From positions 1 through 60,935 of IMG/VR virus record IMGVR_UViG_3300050821_012719: DNA of 60,935 bases; one strand, 5' to 3'. This document shows, in pieces, positions 1 to 8,425 of this stretch (the stretch's first letter is position 1; each line of letters begins with the position of its first letter). The notes under the pieces are model-generated. The model did not search any database and was not told the DNA's origin. It saw nothing but the letters and a program-made list of their open reading frames with translations. The position numbers and the translations under genes were made by a program. Source of the DNA: a virus.

Positions 1-269
1 CTTCGGGTACGACTGGCTCTCCGTTGCTGGGAGGAGATGCTGATGCCCAGGAAGAAGGGGTTCAGTTACTACAACGACCGCTACAGCATCTCCTTCAAAG
101 CTCTTCGGCGTGAGGTTCACGACTGAGAGCTGGTCCAGAACTGAAGAGGCAGCCAAGCTCCTCGTCGAACGCCTCACAACGCTCTTGCCAGACTGGTGAG
201 GGCTGCCGGGGGAGAAGATGGCGCAAGAGCCCTCTTCTTCTTAGCCATGCAAACTGATCAGTCTCTCAA

Positions 270-278
270 GGCATAAGA
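270..278 (+). promoter_or_regulatory. Recurrent GG(C/T/G)ATAAGA motif, candidate phage promoter element upstream of the RAMP gene
   Basis: GGCATAAGA about 40 nt before the AAGGAG-ATG start at 318; same motif at 4711, 12767 and 24223. Confidence 0.4.
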
Positions 279-317
279 AGCATGGAGGAGTGGGGTCCTC
301 CATCAAGGAGAATGATC

Positions 318-1199
318 ATGGCTGGTAAGAGCAAAGAGAAGTCGGAGATGGCGCTTCCGAGCTTGGACGTGGGCATGGCCGCGTTCGAGCTCAGAGGGGA
401 ATCGCCCCTGCTCATGAACTGCTTCCATCAGAAGTCGTTCGAGCAGATGCTCGCGAAGATGACGGGGTACGACATGCCACGGCAGAACAAGGACCTCTCG
501 AAGGAGTACGAGAACGCCTTCATCCGCAACATCAACGGCACCGAGTGCATCCCTTCGCGGTGGGTGCGTTCGGCCATCGAGAGCGCAACTCCTCGGTCGA
601 AGAAGATGATCTCCGCCACGTCCGTGCGGTGCGCCTGCTTCGTCATGGGACACTCACTGCCCATCCGCGATGTCGATGGCAAGATCTTGGCCAGGCCCAA
701 GAGCGAGCGCAAGGCAGCCGTCATCAACAAGGACCTCGGCACGGAGCTCGAGCCTATGTTGTCTGTCGCTGCTCAGCAGCAGATCGACATCGTTCGCGTC
801 GGCTCTTGGGGCAACAAGCAACCCGACGTCCGCGTCCGCCCCGTCTACGAGGAGTGGTCCATCCAGCTCGTCGTCCGCTTCTTCCCCGACCAGCTCAACC
901 TGCGGCAGATTGCCTGGGGCCTCGACGCCGCTGGCAAGTTCGTCGGCCTCTGCGAGTGGAGACCGGAGAAGAGCGGAACCTACGGCACGTTCCGTGTGGA
1001 CATGCTCTCCGAGAAGGAGATTCCTCGCATCATCGAGGAGTCCAAAACACACATGCCACGCCTGCAAGTTCCGCCCTGGCTCATGCACGCAGCCGAGACG
1101 GCGGGCATGAGCCCTGCCCAGGCCATCGACCAGGTGCAGAACGCCCACGCGCGCGCCATCGGCTCCAAGAAGAACGGCAAGGCCGAGACGAGGGTCTAG
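318..1199 (+). CDS. Stand-alone RAMP/Cas7-like RNA-binding protein
   Basis: RBS AAGGAG at 305-310, ATG at 318. RAMP-like elements: N-terminal strand FELRGESPLLMN, CIPSRWVRSAIESA (YIPxxxxKxxI-like), RVRPVYEEWSIQLVVRF and C-terminal Gly-rich loop AGKFVGLCEWRPEKSGTYGTFRV. Confidence 0.75.
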   Translation: MAGKSKEKSEMALPSLDVGMAAFELRGESPLLMNCFHQKSFEQMLAKMTGYDMPRQNKDLSKEYENAFIRNINGTECIPSRWVRSAIESATPRSKKMISATSVRCACFVMGHSLPIRDVDGKILARPKSERKAAVINKDLGTELEPMLSVAAQQQIDIVRVGSWGNKQPDVRVRPVYEEWSIQLVVRFFPDQLNLRQIAWGLDAAGKFVGLCEWRPEKSGTYGTFRVDMLSEKEIPRIIEESKTHMPRLQVPPWLMHAAETAGMSPAQAIDQVQNAHARAIGSKKNGKAETRV

Positions 1200-1202
1200 G
1201 TC

Positions 1203-1805
1203 ATGGCTGCCAAACGCAAGAAGGTGGTTCCGCTTCCTGTCGGGGAGCAGATCTGCGCAAGACCCACCAGCCCTCTCTCCGATGCGAAGGCACGCAAGTA
1301 CTTCCGCATCTTCGAGAAGATGGCTGGGCCCAACTGGACCCAGTCACTCACGCCAGAGACCGTGCTTCAGGCAGTTCTCGCTGACCCGAGGCATCCTCTG
1401 CGTGCTGAGTACGAGTGGGACGTGAACAAGGCTGCGAGAGCACACTGGCTCGAGAGAACCAGATGGCTCATGCAGCAGATCTCCATCCGTGGCATCCTCC
1501 ACCGAGGAAAAGAACGCATCCTCTACCATCGCGGAGCCCTCCAACGCATGCCCGAACAACCCGGCAGCGAAAAAGGCTACAAGGACATCCGCGAGGTGGA
1601 GAAGAACGCGAACAACGACACGCTCATCACCAAGAGCAGACTGAAGCTGCTCAGACAATGGGTCTCAACTACGAGGGGGGTCGTCGCCTCTCTCGAGAAG
1701 AACAAGCGCCCACCCCCCGTGCTGTCGGCTGTTCTCGACGCCGTGGAACAAGCGCTCGCTCAAGCAGACGCCGCGCTCAAACCCCGAGGCAAGGCGGCTG
1801 CGTAG
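1203..1805 (+). CDS. Partner protein of the RAMP gene (LTPE..L....DP.HPL..EYEWD..KAA..HWLE.TR.L motif family)
   Basis: Starts 3 nt after the RAMP stop; basic 200-aa helical protein carrying a motif I recognise from phage hypothetical proteins. Confidence 0.7.
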   Translation: MAAKRKKVVPLPVGEQICARPTSPLSDAKARKYFRIFEKMAGPNWTQSLTPETVLQAVLADPRHPLRAEYEWDVNKAARAHWLERTRWLMQQISIRGILHRGKERILYHRGALQRMPEQPGSEKGYKDIREVEKNANNDTLITKSRLKLLRQWVSTTRGVVASLEKNKRPPPVLSAVLDAVEQALAQADAALKPRGKAAA

Positions 1806-1814
1806 TACAAGGGG

Positions 1815-1844
1815 AGAAGCCCATCTTGAGGGTGGGCTTCTTCT
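1815..1844 (+). terminator. Hairpin between the partner gene and the array (terminator or processing signal)
   Basis: AGAAGCCCATC-ttgag-GGTGGGCTTCT (one G-U pair) followed by TCT. Confidence 0.55.
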
Positions 1845-1863
1845 GGCCAAAGGACACGCGCGA

Positions 1864-2380
1864 CAGGTCATAGGCTAGGAATCGAGAAGCACGGACGGGA
1901 GAGCAGTGGAAAGGGCTGCCAGGTCAGAGGGTTGAAACGATAGGAGAGGCCAGGACCGGTGAGCACCGGCAGGGCATAGGAAGCTCTTGGAATGGAAGGG
2001 AGTAGAGCAGAGACCGAGTGGGGCGGCAGGCCATAGGAGAGGCACGGAGACGACGCGACGGGAAAGTAGTGGAACCGGAACGCCAGGTCATAGGAGTGGC
2101 AAGGTCACGAGTGGAAACGAGAGTGCTGTACTGGCAGGCACTGGAGCAGATCTGCTCGTACTCGAGTGGAAGTTCTAGGATGCGAACGGTTCCGGCAGGT
2201 CACAGGAATGCATCGGATGGATCCGACAGGACTTTGAAGGCAGGTCAGTGGAATCGCTCGGAGACCACAAGACACGCTTGGATAGGACTGCCCGGTCAGA
2301 GGAGGGGAAAGTCCTGGAACGGCGCTGAGCGTAGAGGCAGCCCACACATCGGCCCGGCTTGGAAGTAAGAGGAGAGGCGC
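1864..2380 (+). ncRNA. Array of pentamer-periodic (NN-GGA) units separated by (G)CAGGTCA-like motifs; candidate guide-RNA array
   Basis: Separators at 1864, 1920, 1970, 2027, 2084, 2135, 2196, 2241, 2292 and 2338. Between them lie 7-11 pentamers, e.g. TAGGA GAGGC ACGGA GACGA CGCGA CGGGA AAGTA GTGGA. Purine-rich, with no credible ORF. Confidence 0.8.
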
Positions 2381-2381
2381 C

Positions 2382-2422
2382 GACGGCAAGATGGTCTCCA
2401 CCCATCTTGCCGTCTCTTTCTT
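2382..2422 (+). terminator. Intrinsic terminator closing the array
   Basis: Perfect 13-bp stem GACGGCAAGATGG / CCATCTTGCCGTC, 7-nt loop, then TCTTTCTT. Confidence 0.8.
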
Positions 2423-2690
2423 AGCCCCCCTGCTCTCACCCGCAAGATCTCGCCCATCTACGGCAAAAGGGCGGGGAGGGCATTCTCTACCGGAGGTAGG
2501 ATGGCTAGAAGATGGGGAAGAGAACTCTGCCAGAGTTTCGTGGGGTCTTGAGGCGGTCGGCGTTGATCCTTCGATCCTTCGTGGGTGATCGCGAGCGCTG
2601 GTATGCCTATGATCGCAAGACGAGGAAGCAGATTGGCTCGAGCTGGAGGAAAGGCCGGCTCAAGCAGATTGTGCGAGAAAGGGGCTATCG

Positions 2691-2876
2691 ATGGCCGAGC
2701 AACGTGTGACCAAGGGACGACTCGAGGCTGTCGGGGAGTTCGTCGATGAGATCTCCGCCTTCACCGAGGGCTACGAGCAAGGAGTGCGGGAGGTCATGGA
2801 GGAGGTGAAGAGCAGAGAGCCATCGCTCTACAGCACGCTGGTGCATCTCTACCCTGGTTGGGCCGTTAGGAGCTGA
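2691..2876 (+). CDS. Hypothetical protein
   Basis: Purine-rich RBS, typical codon usage. Confidence 0.55.
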   Translation: MAEQRVTKGRLEAVGEFVDEISAFTEGYEQGVREVMEEVKSREPSLYSTLVHLYPGWAVRS

Positions 2877-2878
2877 AG

Positions 2879-3129
2879 ATGACTGAGCAACGTGTGAAGA
2901 AGCCGTTCGACAACGACGTGCTGCGCAATAACGTGGTGCTCTGCTACGCCATCTCCTCGGGCGCGGGGTGAGTTGGGAGGAGCTCAGGGCCTGGGTGAGG
3001 GTCTTGAGCAAGAACAGGAAGGACTGCGGGCGCGTGCTCTACGCGCCCAGGCAGTTCGTCTGGAAGCTCACGCTCGAGGAGTACGAGAAGCTCAGGGAGG
3101 AGCTTCTCAAGACCAAGGAGAAAGCATGA
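2879..3129 (+). pseudogene. Small gene with an apparent frameshift near 2930-2940
   Basis: MTEQRVKK frame stops at 2971; another frame (LLRHLLGRGVSWEELRAW...KEKA) runs to an ATGA overlap at 3126-3129. Confidence 0.35.
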
Positions 3130-3614
3130 CACCGGATGGAATCGGCGTAGCACTGGTGGTCACGGTGGTACTGCTGATCAGCAGTGTGGCGATAGGCTTC
3201 CCCATCATGCTGGACAGGGAAGCCAAGCCAAGGCGAGAGCGAAGAGACGTCTCGAGGAGGAGAAAGAAGATGGATGAATCGCCGCATGTCTGGCTCTGTT
3301 CGAAGTGCGTGAAGATCGTGTTCAAGGGGGAGAAGCCTGCGGAGGCTCTCGGTGAGATCCTCACGCCCAACTACTGCGGGCGCTGCCATGGGCTGAAGCC
3401 ACGGCATCTGATGCACAGGCTTCAGCGAAGCGCTCTGCCGGAGGGCTGGAAGAGAGATCGAGAGACCATCGAGGGGACGATGGAACTCGTCGATGACCCC
3501 ATCTGCGACCTGGTCCTCAGGTCAGGCCCCATCCACTTCTCTTGTGGTGGCCTCTTCCCCGTAGAACGCTGGAAGGGCAAGCGCGTACGCATCACCATCG
3601 AGGAGCTCGACTGA
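3126..3614 (+). CDS. Hypothetical protein with an N-terminal TM helix and CxxC pairs
   Basis: AAGGAG RBS; hydrophobic GIGVALVVTVVLLISSVAIGF; CSKC and CGRC. Confidence 0.6.
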   Translation: MTPDGIGVALVVTVVLLISSVAIGFPIMLDREAKPRRERRDVSRRRKKMDESPHVWLCSKCVKIVFKGEKPAEALGEILTPNYCGRCHGLKPRHLMHRLQRSALPEGWKRDRETIEGTMELVDDPICDLVLRSGPIHFSCGGLFPVERWKGKRVRITIEELD

Positions 3615-3615
3615 G

Positions 3616-3924
3616 ATGAAGTGGAAAGAAACCACCACCCCGATCCCCAAACCTCGAACAGACATCGGCCGCGCCATCTGCGATGGTTGCGGTGCAGACA
3701 TCAAGGAGAGGCAAGGAGGGTACGATCAAAGAGAGGTGATTCTTCGGTGTTGCGAAGGCAGCATCTATCCCGAGTGCGATGCCCGTGATGTGGAGGAGAT
3801 GGACTGCTGCCTCGACTGCTGGGAGACCAAGGTGAAGCCCGCACTCGAGGCACTGGGCTTCAAGACCTACTCCTACGACGCCGAGACCGGGCGCATGACC
3901 TCCATGCCAGAACTGGGGAAGTAA
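3616..3924 (+). CDS. Cys-rich hypothetical protein (Zn-finger-like)
   Basis: CDGC...CLDC; closely spaced to its neighbours. Confidence 0.65.
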   Translation: MKWKETTTPIPKPRTDIGRAICDGCGADIKERQGGYDQREVILRCCEGSIYPECDARDVEEMDCCLDCWETKVKPALEALGFKTYSYDAETGRMTSMPELGK

Positions 3925-3925
3925 G

Positions 3926-4147
3926 ATGACTTCCGAGGTCAAGAAGATCTTGAAGGAGCTGTGGGTGCAGTACTGGGGAAACCTCACGGCTGCCGAGGTT
4001 GCAGACGGAATGGCTGCGGCGCTCATCCTGCATCAGGGCGCGTCCGAGCTCGAAGCAGCAAAACACGCGGGCGCGTACCTCGGCAACATCTTCCGATCAC
4101 GCGAGAGGCTCGCCGATCTCCTGGAACAGGCGGAGAAGACCCAATGA
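3926..4147 (+). CDS. Hypothetical protein
   Basis: Operon-like spacing. Confidence 0.6.
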   Translation: MTSEVKKILKELWVQYWGNLTAAEVADGMAAALILHQGASELEAAKHAGAYLGNIFRSRERLADLLEQAEKTQ

Positions 4148-4704
4148 GCTGCGATTGTGGATGCGACCTCTCTCCCATGTCCGGCTGCGCATGCGACTGC
4201 CATGAGCTCTACAGGACCAAGCAGGCCCTCACGAAGCTGGAAGTTGAGCACACGAAGCTGAAGGAACGCGCTGCCGACTTCGGCGTCGAGTCGCACAGCA
4301 AGACCCAGGCGAAGACCATCCAGGACATCGCCGAGTGGCTCAATGCCTACAGGTACACCGCCTACCCGCCGTCGCCCAAAGATCTAGCCACATCTCTGCT
4401 AGATGGCTCGTGGGCTCGTCAGCTCCTGGAAGATCGAGAAGCCAGGAAGCCCATTCACTGCCATCAGTGCCACGGCAAAGAACAGGTGTGGGGCGTGAAG
4501 CTCGTAAAGGGGCCGGAGGAGCATTGGCTCATGCTCTCCGCCTTCCTCCAATGGACTGGGTACAGAGCGAGAGCCCTCGAGGAGGCGAACAACATCAACA
4601 CCAAGGTGCTCGCGATGGCGGGCAAGCTCGATGGTGTCGCCGTGGCCGAACAGCTCAAGTGCTCTGTGTGTGGCAAGACCAACAACCCTTCGGAGAAGAC
4701 GTAG
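4144..4704 (+). CDS. Cys-rich hypothetical protein
   Basis: ATGA overlap; MSCDCGCD..CACDCH, CHQC, CSVC. Confidence 0.6.
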   Translation: MSCDCGCDLSPMSGCACDCHELYRTKQALTKLEVEHTKLKERAADFGVESHSKTQAKTIQDIAEWLNAYRYTAYPPSPKDLATSLLDGSWARQLLEDREARKPIHCHQCHGKEQVWGVKLVKGPEEHWLMLSAFLQWTGYRARALEEANNINTKVLAMAGKLDGVAVAEQLKCSVCGKTNNPSEKT

Positions 4705-4710
4705 ATCTAG

Positions 4711-4719
4711 GGCATAAGA
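4711..4719 (+). promoter_or_regulatory. GGCATAAGA motif
   Basis: Intergenic, immediately after the stop at 4704. Confidence 0.4.
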
Positions 4720-5093
4720 GCTTCGTCCAAGAGTGCTAGGGGGGGAAGAGCATGTGGCGACTGATGCATCAGATCACGTACGTAGCGAATGACCCATGTG
4801 GGCGTTCGGTCTGGACGTGGCTCTGGGTGTGGAGAGAGATCCATGTCTCGTGACGAAGCAAAGTCGTGGCTTCTGGCCATGCAGAAGGTGCTATCCGCAG
4901 AGCGACAGTGGTTGCTTGCCTGTGAAGTCGAGGACGTCTTGTATCGACTCGAGCGCTTCACATCTGCCCAGTTGAGGGAGTACGCGCAGTTCATCATCCC
5001 GCCCGGCAAGTCTGGGCATGTGCGGATGGTGCTTTATCCTCCCTACGAAGTTCGAGCCAAGGCCATGATCGTCGGAATCTTGAAGGAGGTCAC

Positions 5094-5942
5094 ATGAACG
5101 TCAGACAGTTGATCGAAGAGTTGAAGAAGTACCCGTCCGAGATGAACGTCTGCATCTGGGACGATGACGAAGATACAGCAGACTGGGTGCCTGTTGTCGA
5201 GGCGATGCACGAAGATGGAAGCACGTGCCTCTCTCTACTCAGCAAGCCGTCTGGAAGCCTTCCGGTTCATCCACATGGATCGTGCGGTAGCGTCTGTGGC
5301 CTGTGCGGTGAGGAGAGGGTCGTCACCATGTGGGAGATCACGAACACCGACGCCACGGAGATCTCCCGCATGGTGGGGGCATACCTCCACGACTTCGGTA
5401 ATACCACCATCCCCGCTAGGGAGCTGCTGCACACCCACTTCAAGAGAGCATTCGAGCGTGGTCGCATCACACCCGCTCCGCCGCCAGTGCCCGAAGACCC
5501 CGCTCACCCCCACATCATCGGCGGTGAGTTTCAGAGCGACAAGTACCCCAGCACGCCTCGAGGCTTCGTCCCCCTGAAGTGTTCGGACCCCAAGGCCCAG
5601 CCGCTTCTCTGGGAGTACGCCGAGTCCCACCGGACGGTCGACCCAGACTTCTCCATCGATCTGGAGACATGTCTGCTCAACAAGGGGTTCAACCCCACCA
5701 CCTCTGAGGGCATCATGGTCACCACGGGGGCCGCTCTTCTCGACGAAGTCGAGACGGCTTCTCCTATCCCCGTGGGAGCTCCGAACTCCCTCATGCGCCG
5801 CGCCTGGGCTCTGGGTCGGAAGCTGAAGGAGTGCCGGGAGAACATCACGCTCGCTCTCGGCGCTGTTCGTCATGGCGACTACAAGGCAGCCATCGAGATG
5901 CTCCAGGTCGACGAGCTCGGAGAGCCGAAGGAGAAGACATGA
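5094..5942 (+). CDS. Multi-domain hypothetical protein
   Basis: AGGAGG RBS, ATGA overlap, 282 aa. Confidence 0.7.
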   Translation: MNVRQLIEELKKYPSEMNVCIWDDDEDTADWVPVVEAMHEDGSTCLSLLSKPSGSLPVHPHGSCGSVCGLCGEERVVTMWEITNTDATEISRMVGAYLHDFGNTTIPARELLHTHFKRAFERGRITPAPPPVPEDPAHPHIIGGEFQSDKYPSTPRGFVPLKCSDPKAQPLLWEYAESHRTVDPDFSIDLETCLLNKGFNPTTSEGIMVTTGAALLDEVETASPIPVGAPNSLMRRAWALGRKLKECRENITLALGAVRHGDYKAAIEMLQVDELGEPKEKT

Positions 5943-6174
5943 TCTCCCAATTCCGTGAATGGCTGGCTGAGAAGATACGGCCGAAGCAGACACCCGTCTC
6001 TACAGGCATCTGCGGCAACCGCCGATGGGTCACGTTCATGCGAGGGCCTCTCGAGTACACCACCGTGTGCCGAGATACCCGTGACCCAGACGCCTACTCG
6101 CGCGAAGAGCTTGTGGAGATGCTGAGCGTGGTGCGACAGCATGAAGCCGCCATGGGTTGGAAGGTTCCCGAGTG

Positions 6175-6306
6175 ATGTCGACCTTCAACCAAGGCGACTG
6201 GGGACCAGAGCCTCCCGACCTGAACAAGATCGTCGCATGGACCATCGTGGGGTTCCTGGCGATCTTCGTCTACTACATCCTCTTCAATCCCATCTCGTGG
6301 AGATGA
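6175..6306 (+). CDS. 43-aa single-TM peptide (…IVAWTIVGFLAIFVYYILFNPISWR)
   Basis: TGATG overlap; manual translation; paralog at 6476. Confidence 0.55.
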   Translation: MSTFNQGDWGPEPPDLNKIVAWTIVGFLAIFVYYILFNPISWR

Positions 6307-6475
6307 GCATGAGCTATCGGATACATCGCATCAAGCCGTATCTCGTGGTGGAAGTTACAGAGGACTACGGCCTCCGCTACCACGAGTTCGCCACCTACGA
6401 AGATGCACTCGATCACGTGAAGAAGCTCGAGTGCAAGTCCTGCATCCTCGGTCCGGACTTCATCGAGGACCACAC

Positions 6476-6571
6476 ATGAACAAACCCGTCGGACTGGTCA
6501 CGGCGATGTTCGTCATGACCCTCGTCTACTACATGATCTTCAATCCGTTCTACAGGAGACACCATGCCTAA
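6476..6571 (+). CDS. 31-aa single-TM peptide (MNKPVGLVTAMFVMTLVYYMIFNPFYRRHHA)
   Basis: GAGGA RBS, ATGA overlap; shares VYYxxFNP with the 6175 peptide. Confidence 0.55.
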   Translation: MNKPVGLVTAMFVMTLVYYMIFNPFYRRHHA

Positions 6572-6836
6572 GAAGATGAACCGTGAGGAGCTTTCGCAGC
6601 TCGTGGCCGAGAAGATTACGGAGGCACTCCCGAAGGAGTTCATCGACGAGTGCATCGTGGAGGGCATCGAGAAGGCCATCCTCGACTTCAAGGTCGAGTC
6701 CTACACGCTCGCCAACATCCTCAAGGAGATCGTCACAGAGCGGGCGAAGGAGATTCTGAAGACGAAGTACAAGACCATGATCGAACAGCAGGCCGAGAAC
6801 TGGGCGCAGCAGGCCCTCGCTTCGGTGAAGAGGTAG
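6564..6836 (+). CDS. Hypothetical helical protein
   Basis: AGGAG RBS; strong codon bias. Confidence 0.7.
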   Translation: MPKKMNREELSQLVAEKITEALPKEFIDECIVEGIEKAILDFKVESYTLANILKEIVTERAKEILKTKYKTMIEQQAENWAQQALASVKR

Positions 6837-6838
6837 TC

Positions 6839-7663
6839 GTGAGCAACCGATTCAGCAACGTCAAGCGCAGTCGCCTCAAGGCCGTCATCAACAGTGCGAA
6901 GGTCAAGGTGCTTCAGGCCTTCGACTGGGTGGGGGAGGTGGCATCGGCACGAGAGAACGCGCAGGTGGCGGGAGAGCAGGCGGGGATGCTGCTGGAGATC
7001 TGCGGCATTCTGGGCATGCCCGAAGAAGGTGACGACATCCCCTCGATGATCAAGCGTCGCCTCAAGGAGGCCGACGAGGTCACCAACCAACTCGCATGCT
7101 CCTTCTGCGATGGCCATCCCGAGAAGAACAAGGAGAAGCCCTGCATCTGCGGCTCAGGGCACATCCATGACCAGGTCGGAGCCCTGAAGACCAAGCTCGA
7201 CACCACGGTCATGAAGTTGAACACGCTCACCGTGTTCATCACCAGACTGCGCAAGGGTGGACGCATCGTCTCGAGTGCGAGACTCTCGACTGAGATCATC
7301 ACCACGGCTCGTGCAGAAGGGCGTCTCTGGGTGGACGATGACCGTCTCGGATACGTCTACCTTCCGGAGGGCATCGTTGATGATGGTGAGGTTCGCCCCC
7401 TCAATCCGAACATCCCACGCAAGTGCAATGGCTGTAGCAAGCCCCTGCTCTTGGAGAACCTCTTCTTCGATGACGGCTGCCCATGCAACTCGGGCCGCGG
7501 CATCAACTTCGCCCCAAGGTCGTGCAGCATCTGCCGCGTCCACAACTGCGTGAAGCCAGGACACCGACTGATGCAGGGTACCGTGGGTAGTTACGTCGCA
7601 ACAGGTGGCGGGGGTGGCGGTGGCAGTCCCGACAACAGCTTCAGCGACTGGAACAAGACATGA
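6839..7663 (+). CDS. Hypothetical protein with multiple Cys clusters
   Basis: GTG start; CSFC, CICG, CNGC, CPC, CSIC. Confidence 0.6.
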   Translation: MSNRFSNVKRSRLKAVINSAKVKVLQAFDWVGEVASARENAQVAGEQAGMLLEICGILGMPEEGDDIPSMIKRRLKEADEVTNQLACSFCDGHPEKNKEKPCICGSGHIHDQVGALKTKLDTTVMKLNTLTVFITRLRKGGRIVSSARLSTEIITTARAEGRLWVDDDRLGYVYLPEGIVDDGEVRPLNPNIPRKCNGCSKPLLLENLFFDDGCPCNSGRGINFAPRSCSICRVHNCVKPGHRLMQGTVGSYVATGGGGGGGSPDNSFSDWNKT

Positions 7664-8058
7664 TCTTGCTACCCGAAGTGGGCGACAAGCTCTTCGCATC
7701 CTGCTCCGCCGCGTTCTACGGGGAGGTCGTGGGCGTAGGGCATGACGCCAACAAGATCCGCACCATCGACATCAAGGTCTTCGAGTACCAAGAGCTCATC
7801 GTGCAATCAGAGAGCTCCGAGTTCCCGGACTTCCACGGCCTCACACGCCTCGAGCTCCCCGAAGGCGTCTACCCCATCTTGCGCCACGTCCAGTACAAGA
7901 TGGGGAAGAGACCGGAGGCGGATCCCCGTCTCGATAGGGACGACTACAAGCACACGGGGCAGAGCATCCAGTGTCACACACCTGGCGATGGGTGCTTCCG
8001 CTGCCAGAAGCTTTTCTCGATCTACAGGAAGGTGAAAGGTGAAGATATCAAGACGTGA
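7660..8058 (+). CDS. Hypothetical protein
   Basis: ATGA overlap. Confidence 0.6.
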   Translation: MILLPEVGDKLFASCSAAFYGEVVGVGHDANKIRTIDIKVFEYQELIVQSESSEFPDFHGLTRLELPEGVYPILRHVQYKMGKRPEADPRLDRDDYKHTGQSIQCHTPGDGCFRCQKLFSIYRKVKGEDIKT

Positions 8059-8425
8059 CAACCTAGATCGATACTATCTGTTCCAGTTCCTCGGCTTCGG
8101 TGTGTTCTTACACCGGATGCACCATGACGAAGAGCGAGGCATCTACCACTCGCATCCGTGGAACGGCGTGAGCTTCATCTTGGGCTCCTACCTCGAGGAA
8201 CGCTTCGGGGAGGAGCCCAAGCCTCGCCGGCTCTTCAACATCATCCGCGCCACGCGCTTCCATCGGGTCTCGTTGCCCAACGGGCCCGTGTGGTCGCTCT
8301 TCATCCACGGTCGGCGCTGCAACCGCTGGGCCGTGAAGAATGCCTTCGGGCGCATCCTCAGCATCGAGCCCTGGAGGGGTGTCGGAGGTCAGACTGCCTA
8401 CGCACCCAAGGAGACGTTCTCATGA
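8039..8425 (+). CDS. Cupin-like metal-binding protein
   Basis: HSHPW...S.ILG.Y.E...FHRV....VWSLF pattern. Confidence 0.6.
   Translation: MKISRRDNLDRYYLFQFLGFGVFLHRMHHDEERGIYHSHPWNGVSFILGSYLEERFGEEPKPRRLFNIIRATRFHRVSLPNGPVWSLFIHGRRCNRWAVKNAFGRILSIEPWRGVGGQTAYAPKETFS

Noticed and set aside
1864-2380. Canonical CRISPR array
   Set aside because: The separators are only 6-8 nt and non-palindromic, the intervening sequences are themselves periodic, and no adaptation genes are visible.
1987-2405. ORFs called across the array (1987-2178, 2018-2368, 2105-2401, 2175-2405)
   Set aside because: No RBS, low-complexity R/G/E or S/P/L translations, and a 5-nt period that is incompatible with codon structure.
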